Assembly: GCA_020536535.1 (NCBI GenBank)
Contig: JAHLWZ010000225.1
Location: forward strand, 1 to 64,000
Direction: 5' to 3'
Origin: Pelomyxa schiedti
Lineage: Eukaryota; Protista; Evosea
Length of the DNA stretch: 64,000 bases
Shown: piece after piece, positions 23,350-35,101 of the stretch
Layout: every line of letters starts with the position of its first letter
Position numbering within the stretch: position 1 is the stretch's first letter
Made by a program: the position numbers and the translations under genes
The notes under the pieces: generated by a model
What the model saw: the letters and a program-made list of their open reading frames with translations, nothing else
Told to the model about the DNA's origin: nothing
Database searches by the model: none

Positions 23350-23581
23350 GAGCTAACACCGCTGTTGTACTTTTGAAGGGATGACGACGGCCGGGCTTGA
23401 TTTTACTTCAACAAATGCACGCAAAGATCTCGTTCTGTCGCCACTTATAAAGGCAATGTGCAGGGAACTGCCGTATCTTTGTTCAGTTGCTATTTTTGTC
23501 CCTGGATATTTGATACTAATAAAAGACCCTAAAACGATTCAAACAACAAACAAAATCAAAGAGAAAAAAAATCAAGGGGAG

Positions 23582-24320
23582 ATGAGCAAGTGCCCAACGT
23601 AAGTCCCATAAAGTCGTCGTCGTTCGTGTCGTAGTAAAACATTTATGCAGGTGCGGGAAGACTGTGTACTTTGCGGAGCGATTTTCCGCCCTCGGAAAGT
23701 GCGTTGACACGAAAAAACTCTTGTATACACAACCGTTTAACTTTTTTAATTTGCAGAGATTACCACAAACTTTGCTTCAAGTGTGTGTCATGCAAGAAGC
23801 AGTTGGAGTTGGGCAAATTTAGCGAGCGCGACGGTCAGTTGTTCTGCAAAATGTGGTAAGTACACCTCAACTACTTAATGAAGATAAATTTCCTCAGTTC
23901 TCACTTTATCAAGCTATAACTCCCGATTCCAAGATAAGGGGTTAGTACACCGCTTTATTCTTTTTAGGCAAACCTAATCCCAACTGGGTTATCCCATTCC
24001 TAAAAAAAGCTATGGTTTTGGTGGATCAGGAGGAACACTCAGTTCCTATACTCCAGGGACGGCAACAGTGACCGTCGAAATGCATAGTAGCCCCGACGTA
24101 AACAGGCCCTCTGCTATTAAAACAACCACGTCATCCGCTCCCCCGCCTCCCCCAAGGTCTTTCCTACAATTCTATTGTTTGGTCTCCACTTATTAGTTAA
24201 CACAGGACCACTACCTCGTCGACCCCAGCTTCAAGCGGCAGTGGGCCGAATTTCTGCCCGCAGTGTGGTGCAAAGTGTGCAGGAGCAAGGTTCTGCCCAG
24301 GTTGTGGTCAGAAATTATAA
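23582..24320 (+). CDS. LIM-domain (CRIP/CRP-type) protein with a C-terminal double zinc ribbon
   Basis: Spliced: MSKCPTCGKTVYFAERFSALGKDYHKLCFKCVSCKKQLELGKFSERDGQLFCKMC, followed by YGFGGSGG; C-terminus FCPQCGAKCAGARFCPGCGQKL*. Confidence 0.9.
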
Positions 24321-24438
24321 TCTTAATCCGATGCCACATTATCCTCGCCACATGAAATAAGAGAAATTGCAATTTCTAGTCACACGGAAGTCTTGTTATT
24401 TATTTTTCCAAAATTTGGGAAAGTACAAACAGTAGAGC

Positions 24439-26427
24439 TCATAATACTGGTTGTTTGTGGGGAAGGACTGTGTCCAGGTTGGCCACATTGAAAGCCATCA
24501 CAGCAACTGCCACAGAACAAGTAGTGAAGTACTCATAGGAAAGTTTGTCAGGAGTGTCAGCATAACTGTGGTGTAGGTCCCAGTACTCAGAATATGGGTC
24601 ATAGTACCCCTGGGTAACAACGGCCATGGCGGGAACACCCTGCTGTTCTAGGGCTTGTGTGTCTGTTTATAAACATAAGTTTTCAATAGTTACTTCCTTC
24701 ACTGATTGTTTGTGGTTTTTGGGTTTGCTATTATTTACTAGTTTTTTTCAACTAACCTAAGCAGCCACCCCCAGGTACGAGGGTGATGTTTATTCCGTAA
24801 TCTGCCAGAATCTTCATTGTGGGAGCGAGCATGTCAAAGGCCTCCTGTGGTCCACTAAATCGGAAGTAGTCCAGAGGTAACATCCCATGATCCATTTCCA
24901 GAGCCAATGAGGTGTTTCCCAGCTCGCCGGCGTGAGTTACGGCGTAGGACTGGCCCCCCTGGCCTCCAAACTCCTCACAGGTCCACATCACAAGCCGTAT
25001 AGTACGCCTAGCTCTAATTCCTGCAAGGTGCATGCTGCGTACTACTTGCCATGCAGCTGCAATAGCTGCGGCGTCGTCATGGGCTCCAGACATCCACCTG
25101 GGGGCAAGGGTTATTCGGATTGTGATGAGAGGTGTTTTACGAGTCTAGGTGCCCACTGATTATCACTACTTCATTGGGGAATTCAGTGCCTGGGATGTCG
25201 AGAATTGTGTTATGGGAAATGGTGGTTCCACTCATGCTACAGTTGAGAACAAGCTTCAGTCGCGGAACCTGGTTAATGAAGCGTAGACCTATTAGTAACA
25301 TAAACTATTCACCCAAAGAAAGTGGGTACATACCTGCCCTCTCAGTTGCATTCTATGAAGCATACTTGCATCCTCAACTAATTCATTTGTTTCAGTAATA
25401 GACTAGAGGTACTTAGAAAGACCTGTTATTGATCCTGCAGGAATTGATGTTGTTGTAGAAGAGCCTGTATGCAGGGTATACAGGGATGCAGGAGCAAGTG
25501 ACATTGTGAGAGAAGCAATTCTAAACCAAAGCAAGGTGAAAATTTAATTTCAGAGTACCTGCCGCGCACCCTCCAACAGCTGCAGCCCGTACGGCACCTT
25601 CGATTCTATAAAGTGCATTGTAGCTTACATAGGGTACATCATAAACAATAACTGAAGAGATTCAGATCAGAAGTAGAGGGCAAACTGGGACCTACTCTTT
25701 CCCGCAGCCTCACTGCTTCTATTTTGCAGTTCCTCAAAATTGGACACAACCAGAGCCTCAGCTTCAATCCCCGCAGGATCTTGCCAACGTTGATGGATTT
25801 GTAACAATGCAAGGAAAAAACCTGTGCCAATTGAGAGCCCCAGAGCCGTCACTGCAAGACTCCTTGGCATTCCAGGGGATAAAAGCCGAAGGGAATCACC
25901 ACTTGGGTTGTGGTACCAATTGGGTACTGTAACATTTTCGGTATATCCCGTCATTCCTTCCTTTTTCATTTCGCTCAAGCACCATTCCACAGCCGCTGTT
26001 TTTGTTGTTTGAAGTTGATTTGCTATTGTAAGTTGCATCCGCAAATAAAGCATTGATAATTCAAAGAGAGTAAGCTTTAGAGCCAGGTGAGAGAAAGGGC
26101 AACACCATCCATATTCGAGCTGCTGCATACCCTTGCTGGGTATAAGTCACACAATTCACAAAGTCTGGAAAATTGTACCTATGCGGAAAAAGTATAAGCC
26201 AAAGAAAAAAATTACAGAACAGAAACGCCAGTAGACAAACTTACATTGTCAGACAGAATTGAATTGACGAGGATATCCAATTGCGTCATCTCGGAGTCAC
26301 TTTGGGCTCCTCCACTCCCTCCCACAAGTGAGGCAATGATGCCCAGTCCGCATAGAACCACAAGCCCGAGAAGGACCCCCACCGCCATCACAGTACTGCC
26401 AGGCCCCGCAAACGACTTGTGGGGCAT
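24439..26427 (-). CDS. CPQ: Carboxypeptidase Q-like M28 metallopeptidase with PA domain
   Basis: EVVIISGHLDSW..GAHDD, RRTIRLVMWTCEEFG, YWDLHHSYADTPDK; N-terminal hydrophobic anchor; AGIEAEALVVSNFEEL. Confidence 0.9.
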
Positions 26428-26970
26428 TTAACAAAGGCATTTCTTTTTCACCCGGAGCTTTTCTTTCCATTCTCTAGGATTGGACAAAGACCAAATGGGC
26501 CCACCCAAAGGGAAGTGTGTGTTCGCGTATTGTCACCTGCGGTCACGTTTGGCAGTGCATGATTTGGGGAGAAAGCGGAACTCCCGAAAGTGCCCCTTGG
26601 ACGTTCGTCAACCCATCATTCCGGATATTGTGCACGAAAACAGCAGTTGTTGTTACAGAGGTCTTTTTTGCGAAGTTGATGTACTTTCGTAACAACCCTG
26701 ATATTAACCGGCCTCTGAGTCTTTCTCACTGACAACACGTAAACCCCCGTTGTTGTAGCGCTGAACTCTTTGTGCGTACAAAAGTGACACAAGTTCCCTG
26801 CACATCTTGTCACCCTTTTGTTTCATTTTTTAAAATAAAATTTGTGTTGAGGGCAGGAGGAGATGCGTAACGGTGACAACACACGCGTGTTTTACTTTAT
26901 TCGGTAGTTCTTAACACAACATAAGAAATTATTGTCGTTTGTAGCCTTGTGATACTGCTAGTATAAATCA

Positions 26971-28056
26971 ATGTCGTCAACTCTTTTGGAAAGGATCTTA
27001 AGCACACGAGGTTCGATTTTTCTCTCTTTTCACTTGTTGTTTTTTTACGAGGCCGTTAGACAAAAGAGTCGAGAACTGGCCACTTAATGGTACTCCTACT
27101 ATCAGTGTAGCTGTTGTATTTGCATATGCTGCTATTTTGTGGTATTACACGAGCAAAAAGAAGCCGAGCAAAGCCGAGGGCAAACCAAATGCACAACCGT
27201 ACTTACGCTTTGCTACTTTGCTGTATGACATTCTTGTGGCTGGCTTGAATTTGTACATTGGCATGGGCATTCTCCGAGAAGTGACTAAGCTGGAGTACTC
27301 ATGGGTACCCAGGAGAATGACTTCGTTTCTTTTTAAATGTACAAATAGGTGTGCAACGATTTTGAATACTCCGAGAGGACACTGGCTCTATCTGGTTATC
27401 TGTGGTGGTTTTTTGTATCGAAACACTTTGAACTACTGGATACCGTAATCTTTTTTTTCTTTTTATGTTAGTAAGTAAGACCACTCCAACCTTCATACAG
27501 ATCATCATGCTCGTAAAAAACAACCTTGATCAAGTGACAGTTCTACATGTTTATCACCACTTAACAATGCCACTCTTATGGTGGATTGGGGTACCTTCTT
27601 TTCTTGAGGGAAAAATCATTAATCTCTTTCCTCCAGTCGAATTGGGTGGCTTTAGGGGATGCCTACTGGTCCGCGCTAGTGAACTCCTTTGTTCACGTGA
27701 TCATGTACAGTTACTATGCCCTCGCCGCCGTTGGGTTCAGACCGTCATGGAAGAGAGCACTTACCAGTATACAGGTCTTTATCACCCTTTTTTTTTGTGG
27801 TAATAAACTTATACTTAAACACAGATGACACAGTTTGTCTTGAATATAATACATTCAGTGACGGCACTAGTCCGCGGTTGTGGGTGTGTTCCCTATCTCC
27901 AACTTTCAGCCCTCTTACTCCTTCCCTAGATACATACCATGGATGCACTGGGGCATGGTCGTTTACATGCTGTCACTTCTTTTCTTCTTCGGCCAATTTT
28001 ACCTCCATGCCTACAACCCCTCCCACAAAAAGTCCACGCGACCACACGACTCATAA
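26971..28056 (+). CDS. ELOVL: Fatty-acid elongase (GNS1/SUR4/ELO family)
   Basis: WWFFVSKHFELLDT, LHVYHH histidine box, NSFVHVIMYSYY, TSIQMTQF, FFGQFYLHAY. Confidence 0.95.
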
Positions 28057-28160
28057 CACCACAGAGCCACCAACCTTTTTTGCCACTTGAATTTTGAAGC
28101 AACCTTTTTTTTCTCAAATCTCTATCGAAAAAACCGTTCAAACGGCACCACGACGTTTCG

Positions 28161-30612
28161 ATGTCACGGAAGGCGTCGTCAGACCCAGCGTTGGAGGTTT
28201 CACCTGAATTGCAGATGATACTAATTCGACAACAATTGGCTGTGCGTGCCAGAGCTAATTGATTGACTACTATTGAATTGAAAAACGCCTTTGACAGTGG
28301 GAGGAATTGCCATTGTAGTGATTAAAATACTTAGGGTTGGCTTGTGAAAAAAGGTGGGGCTGGGATTGTGAAACTGCAGAGGAGATACTTCTATATTGCT
28401 AATAGGTTTTTCTGGTCCTATGCACTTTCCCCTAATGGTTTGGTGTCACTCCTTGATTCCAATAGCTAACCTCTTGATAAGAGGTGAAGCCAAAAGGTGA
28501 TATTGACCTTAGAACAGTCAACAAAGTGGAACTTCTACCTGTAATTCTCCCTAAAGCACCATTTCCTTGTTTTAACTCAGCTTCCCAAGTTAGTTGATGA
28601 ACTTAGCTTTATTGTTGTGAGTGATGCTAGACCTAAGCCCTATATTCTCAAAGCAGCAACAGGGTCTGAAGCGAAACTCTGGTATCTTTAGCAGGTGTTT
28701 TTCACTTTCTTCCCTTTTTAAAAAGGGTCACCTGTATTCTTGAAACCGTGGAAAAACTGAAAATTCGTGTGAGTTTTGTTTGCTCTGCCTTTATCCTGAA
28801 TTCGAAATAGGAAAATGACTCCGTTGCCAGGTATATCGTTGTTAAATTACTTGACCTCATTCTTTCCTGTTTGATAACACACTTCATACCCAAGTATGCA
28901 GTCAATATGTTGATTTCTTGATTTAAGAAAAGGAAAATTAAGGTTCCTTAGACATTCTGAGCTTGAATGATCTGACTGGTGGTTCCCTTAAGTTCATTAC
29001 CGCAGTATCCCCTTCAACATCAACAGAAACAATTCCACTCCCAACCCAAAAAACGTGGGTTGCTCCTGTGCGGTCCAAATCGCACCAGAGGATTGCTTAT
29101 TTCAGCACCAGCAATAGACGACTTGTTTCAACAGAGGATGACACACAATCTGCACGTCTTGAGGACCCATCAACATTATTTCCTCATGACTACATAGCTC
29201 CTTCCTTTCCCGCTGCTGTAGTAGCAGCAGGTATCACTCTTCTCCATTCATTCAAAACACAATTTTATTAGGTATTCCAAGTGCGGAGGCTGTAGCAGAG
29301 GTATGTCTAGAACGCGCACAGTCCTGTCCAAGACCCAATGGCATGACAATAGAAGAAGGTTTTTTCCCAGTGCCACCTCCTAGTCTATTTTTACACCAAC
29401 AATTTCCCAATCAAGCTGCTGCCATACTGCTCTACACATTTGATTTTGGGTCAACGTCGAAAGTGGAGAATCCTTATGCATTGGTTAACACAGCACTTGT
29501 CACACGGAATATCTTAAAAATGCGGAATGTACGAGACTTCTTGTGGTTGTTGCTCTCGGCTTTACGAAGGCTGGAGAGGGTTCAGTATCCTCTGCTCTAC
29601 CGAGGCATCACGAAACGAGTTGATGTGAACAAGTACCACCGCTCCTCAACAGTGATATGGCACACTTTCTGCTCCACCACAACTGACATGCAAGTGACTC
29701 AAGGTTTCCTTACTGACAAGGTCACCAAGGAGACATCCGGAACTTTGTTTGTTGTCCGCGATGCATGGGGATATAACATACAGAAGTACAGCTTCATGCC
29801 TGGTGAACAAGGTGGAAAGTGTTGAACTTCATTCCCCTTCCGTCTAATCTAATTCAAAAAGAAATAATTCTCGAGCCCGAGTTAGAATTCCAGGTCTCCG
29901 GTGTGCTTAATTTGCCATTAGTAGTTGTAGAACTTTCCATGACACCGAATTCACCCCTCATGCTCCAAAAAGAAATAAGTACGCCTTATATATTCCTGGT
30001 TATTCCACTCCAATTGACACATATTCTTCCAGATAAGTTCCGAAGCACAGCCGCAATAGAAAATATCATTACCGTAGAACACAAAGAACCAGAAACCCAA
30101 GCTCCCCTTTGTGAGACAACGATTGCCACCCGGTTTATAACACCGGAATCCACTCCGGAACCCACCAAACCACCAGATTCTCCCTTTGCGTCACGCACAT
30201 TTCCTCTTACCACTGAACCATCATCGATTTCACAATCACCATCAACCACAACAACTACCCCTCCTCCCTCCCATAATAGTTCTGGCACAGCGGAGCCACC
30301 GTCACTACCACCTGCGCCATCAACACCCACAAATCACGGTGACGTCATAACCTGCCTTGTTCAGCATGACAACCGCAAGTACCGGCTTAAGGTACCAAGG
30401 CCTACTTGTGTGGCTGAGGTGAACACACAGGCACTCAAAGTTGCTGGAATTACTGATACTGCAAAGATTGTTGAGGTTTTTGAGCAGACTCTCAATGAAT
30501 GGGTGGTTCTTGATGGTATGTGCGAAATATCCTATACTTCATTCTCAATTCCCAAATAGATATGGACCTGGTTCTTTCAAACAATGTTACTAAACTGCGA
30601 ATTGTCGATTGA
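28161..30612 (+). CDS. PH domain - NAD:arginine-type ADP-ribosyltransferase (ARTC) - Pro/Ser/Thr linker - small ubiquitin/PB1-like domain
   Basis: PH: LAGWLVKKGGAGIVKLQRRYF, GDIDLRTV, YILKA..SEAKLW. ART: AILLYT, LLYRG (R at 29601), FCSTT (S at 29673), GTLF, PGEQ|EIILEP (E-x-E split by intron 29812-29861). Confidence 0.8.
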
Positions 30613-30985
30613 TCAATACTCACGGACGAGGCAGATGTGACTGATCCAGTTGTATCTCTGGACTCGGTACAACTGGCCGTTCTTTCCACAAGTTGTCTGC
30701 TGTGAGAAGAAAGTCTTTTGTTGGACATTTTGGTGTTATTTTAAAAAAGAAAAGAGGAAAATAAATGATAGAACTCCGGCTACCAGTTAATGTCTGCAGC
30801 AATATGCTGTGGTCTCTGTACCCCCAGAAGGCCGCACCATTACACCCCCCTCAGGCAGTGGATAATCCCCAACAAATTGGTTGTTCAATTTCCAAACAGT
30901 TACATCAATACTATTGGAGGTGTTTGGAAAGAATGGTTTCAAACATTTTCTTCCCGAAATGAGTGGTTTTGTGGTGGTAAATGTA

Positions 30986-32355
30986 TCAAGGTAAACTGAT
31001 ACTGTTGAGCTGGGTCATTACACTGGAAGTTCGGGTCTTCGCATATTCCAGGCACAGTTTCAGAGTTGTTGGTTCGATGGGTGAACCTGTGAAAATGTCA
31101 CACAACAGTCAATCAGTTTTGGATTGTTGTCCAACCTCCAGGTTTGTAGACGTCGCACAATTGTCCCTGTTCGTTATAAACAATTGACATAAAACCGGAG
31201 CTCAGCAATTCTTCTTCAAAAGTGGGATCGGCGATAATCTGACTGAAGATATTAACTTTAAGGTCAATGGGAGAGGAGTTACTCTTCAAAGAAAGCAAAA
31301 GTCAATGAGACAGGGTGGTGGAGAAGGGATAATCGCCGTGGCGGTGATTTGGTAACTATAAGTGGCACTCCGTCATCAGAGACAGTGCCACAAGGTAATT
31401 CAACTGGATTGCCAGTAAGATAACCACACTCACCTTGTCACATACCAATTTTGAGAGAGGCCAGGAGAGCTAAAAGGCAACAATCAAACGCATTTCCGTC
31501 ATAGTCGACACAATATATATCCACGAAAATATACCTGTTTGTGTTTTATTCTTGGGGGCGGAACAAATTCATACACACCAAACAAATTTTCCTTCTTGGT
31601 CGAACCACAAGTCCTGGGGTCGGAACAGTGGCATTCTTTTTTTTTGGTTTGAGGGTTGATGGGAAAAAGGTATAAACCTAGTGATAATGGAATTGAGTCG
31701 TTGTGTAACTGAGCTTATGGTGTGCCTCGTAAAATCATCTTTCGCACTTCTGAATTTTGAGTTGGACATTCCTCCAATTTCAACATTGACAACTGTTCAA
31801 GTACCAGTGAATAAGCTCCTGGGCTGTAAGCCAGATAACAAACCTACATTACAGCCAGAAATAGCCGTGGAATTATCTCGTTCAGATCCAGTCAGGGTGC
31901 CTGAGGGAGGCTCCAGGTTTGCACTCTGTGACACCACAGAACCCCCTCGCCCAACTTCCAGCTTTATTCCCGCCACTGCAGACGTGCCACTCCCCATTCT
32001 AACAAATGCACTGCCATCAGCACAACTGCTCACGGGTGCCGTATTAATCAACCCAGTCACTGACCTAATAACAATGACTCAACAAACACTCCACACGTAG
32101 TGGATACTACTGGATCATAGAGAATATAAATTATAAGCGCTTAAAATGATGAAAATAAAAATAAAAAATAAAAAATAAAAAATCAAAAAATACACACGTG
32201 TGCGGTGAGGCAGTAGTGTCGCGACCACCCTTTGACGTTGTCACAATTGTGGGAACCCTTGCCGTTGTAAGAGACCTACCATCCGGCCTCACACCCTGAG
32301 CAACAAACCGCTTCAAATACTCCTCAGGATAGATCTTGCAAAATGCAGCGCACAT
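30986..32355 (-). CDS. RRP43: Exosome complex component RRP43 (RNase PH family)
   Basis: FCKIYPEEYLKRFVAQGVRPDGRS, GSAFVRMG.T.AVAGIKLE, DIYCVDYDGNAFDCCLLA, IIADPTFEEELL. Confidence 0.9.
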
Positions 32356-32516
32356 TCGCAACGTGTCACACTAGAGAGTCCTGGATTTGGCCTTCACAGC
32401 TTTGTTTACGAAGACAGGGCCGAGGTGTCACGCTGAGCACCGATCAATTAATTGGCTTTAATTTCGAAAAACAAAGCAACTGTTGTAGATTTGATCTTAG
32501 GCTAAGACGAGGACTT

Positions 32517-33804
32517 TCAATCTCTGTGGTTTGGGTTGGGTGGTATATCACATTCCTCAGAGTCGGAACCTGAATCGGAATTGGGCATAGAAGGGAGGGA
32601 CCGTTGGGATACGGCTTCAGCTTCACATTTTTCGAGGTAGGCTTGTTGGGCTGTATGCGTACATAGTGTCATGGGAATAGAAAGAAAACAGAGGAAAGAA
32701 ACCGGCAATGACAGCGGCCCCATTGGGGCATTTTGAGTAAATGGTCAGAAGTTCGGAGTTTAGTGAAATGAAGGCATGGCCCCATACAAATTTGCTTAGT
32801 AGGAAACGGGCATCATGCTCGAATCCAGTGATGAATAGCGCTAGGAAGTACATTAATGATGTAAAACGGAGAAGGAATTCGCACTGGCTGCTAGTGCTTC
32901 GACACAAGACAGCTGTATTGGTTTTCCATAGTTTACAGGATTTGCAGCTACTAGCCAAGGGAGAAGCCTAGGGTGTGCTCCCTTGGTCCTTGCGAGAGGG
33001 GTAGTATCAATTTGAGCCCACGAACAGTCAATAGCAGCAGCACCGTTGTGGAGAATAATATCTCTTGGAATAAGGAAATGGTTTCACATGAGTAGTGAGT
33101 GTGACTGTACAAGAACTCTCACTTAAACATAATGCTAATGAACCACAACTCCTTTACTTTCTTTCAAAAAAAGAAAAAAAAAAAACCCGAATCAATAAAG
33201 CATTGAGTATGAAGGCCAAAAAGAGATACCTATCAGCAGGAGATACAGTCATTGTTCCCGTTGGGGACAGAACCACGCCACCAAAAACAGCCGATAGGCT
33301 CAGCTTCTTTGCCAGCTTCATTCTCATCAACTTCCTCCCAGTGCACCGCTTCGAGTCGCACTGGCAAAAGTCCCACAATCCCAACTTGATCCCGACGACC
33401 TTTCCCGGAGTATCCCCGCCCTCATCGTCGTCCTCCTCCACCCCCTCCTCGGCCTCGTCCCCTTCGCTGCTGCTTCTGTCTCCTCCTCGCCGTGTCGTTT
33501 TCTCTCTCGCTCTAGATTCAGATGCCTCAGAGTCGCCATGGCTCTGGGCATCACGAGGCGGCGCCAACGGGCCAACGGCAGCGCCATAGACGTCGCTTCC
33601 ATCGACACTCGCTGTAGTCGTCGTCGTAGTAGTAGTACTCGACGCTGGTGCTCTGGGCGAGGGCTCGTGGAGCGAGGACTCGGCGGTGGCGTACTCGCGA
33701 CCTTGTGTGCCCCCGCGTCGCTTGTCCCCTCCTCGCCCTCCTCGCGAGGACCCGGCGCCGCCGCGCGCCCCTCCGCCTCGCTTGCCCGCGCGGATTCGTT
33801 TCAT
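32517..33804 (-). CDS. TSR3: 18S rRNA aminocarboxypropyltransferase Tsr3
   Basis: [22 protein letters not shown]...[48 protein letters not shown]; acidic tail. Confidence 0.95.
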
Positions 33805-34018
33805 CGCCGGCGACTGTGACTATTAGATATCAGATCGATGATCGGTTTTTGGTTTCGAGACGTTTGGTTGAAATCCCAAACGCAAACTTACGGACGAGAT
33901 CCCTCTTTGCTGTGCCTCCGGAATGTAGAATCTCAGGGACAGCACATTGTAGAGTTCAATTCATTCGGCCGTTAATTTTATTGTTGGTTTGCGTTGCTAC
34001 GGTTTTATCTGGTTGGCG
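33805..34018. promoter_or_regulatory. Putative 214-bp bidirectional promoter between TSR3 and the GIY-YIG gene
   Basis: Head-to-head ATGs at 33804 (-) and 34019 (+). Confidence 0.5.
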
Positions 34019-34970
34019 ATGGCAGCAACTCCTCCTCGACCGTCACGACGTATTCCAGAGCATAGATTTTGTCTAGATGTAGTTGAGACAGCCGTTCGCC
34101 AGTTTGGTTTGTGGTTAAAACTAGTTTACTTACAAGTGCACGCCCGCTGTCAACTGATACCCATTCTTCATCTCTGTTTTTTTTTTCCCCCATTTTATTA
34201 CAGCTGAAGCGAATCAAGTGACACAATGGGGATATATGCCAGGGTACCACTTGTGCCACGCAACTGCCAGGTTGTGCATCGAGGCAAATTTTCCACTTGT
34301 GAACGGACTGCTGCGGATGCACTACAACAACAGCCGGTCTGAAAGGGCTGCGCTTTCTGCCGCACTGTCGAGCTATAAAAGTCGTGTTCGATGGGACAGG
34401 CCTGACATACCCCTCAGACGTAACTGCGAGGGTGTCACGGGCTCGAACTGGATGTATACCTGGCAGTACAAGTCAATATCCGTCTATGTCGGCTGTACTT
34501 TGGCATCCAACAAGCCAACAATAAACAACAAGTTCCTCCTTAGGCGCACAAGGCAACACATTCAACATGCATTCAACCCTAACAACGGTGAATTCTGGAA
34601 CAGGCTGAGTGCGTTCATACGTGTGACCAACCCATATGACTGGTCAATAATCGCAGAACCACCGTCAATTTGTACAGCCCTCAGTCAGAGCCTAAATGAT
34701 TCTCTGAACCAAATGCAACTGGGCATACAGATTAGCCAAACCACTGATTCCCGGGTGTTTGAGCAACTGCTGATTTTAGGCCGTGACACCCTTACACCCA
34801 ATGGCCTAAATGAGAGAACAACTTTTGCACCAGGCACACCATCACCAGTAGTACCACACCAAGGAACTCCTCCAATTAGCGAAGATTATGGCAACTACGG
34901 ATTCTCATCCGACGAAGAAGAACACTCTGAGGATGAAGAGGATGACGATGTGATTGACGAAGACTCCTAG
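34019..34970 (+). CDS. Stand-alone GIY-YIG endonuclease (Penelope-like-element type) with acidic tail; 2 exons
   Basis: SNWMY-x9-YVGCT (34449-34499), RRTRQH, and E-x3-I-x4-TLTPNGLNE (34761-34814). Exon 1 (34019-about 34111) joins in frame through a gtttgt...ttacag intron ending at 34203. Confidence 0.75.
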
Positions 34971-35101
34971 CTCAATCACATAAATAAGTGGTATGAATAC
35001 ATAGTTTAATTGTGATTTTGTCACGCACCACATATTTGCATCCCAAAACGATCTTTCACGAATCACGTTACCATAAACACCCAAAACAAGAGAAGATCAA
35101 G

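Noticed and set aside
23456-26805. Identical 14-mer ATGTGCAGGGAACT at 23456 (+) and 26792-26805 (-) in two divergent promoter regions
   Set aside because: Roughly 15 chance 14-mer matches are expected in 64 kb over both strands, and only two copies were seen.
30610-30705. In-frame protein-like stretch after the TGA of the PH-ART gene
   Set aside because: The domain appears complete at the stop, the context is TGA-T, and 30 open codons are unremarkable.
30765-30999. Short + strand ORFs between the PH-ART and RRP43 stops
   Set aside because: No motifs or splice support; the region is more simply convergent 3' UTRs.
34920-34970. CTGAGGA resembling a hammerhead ribozyme core near the PLE-type nuclease
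   Set aside because: No downstream GAAA core or stems; it is Asp/Glu-coding sequence.
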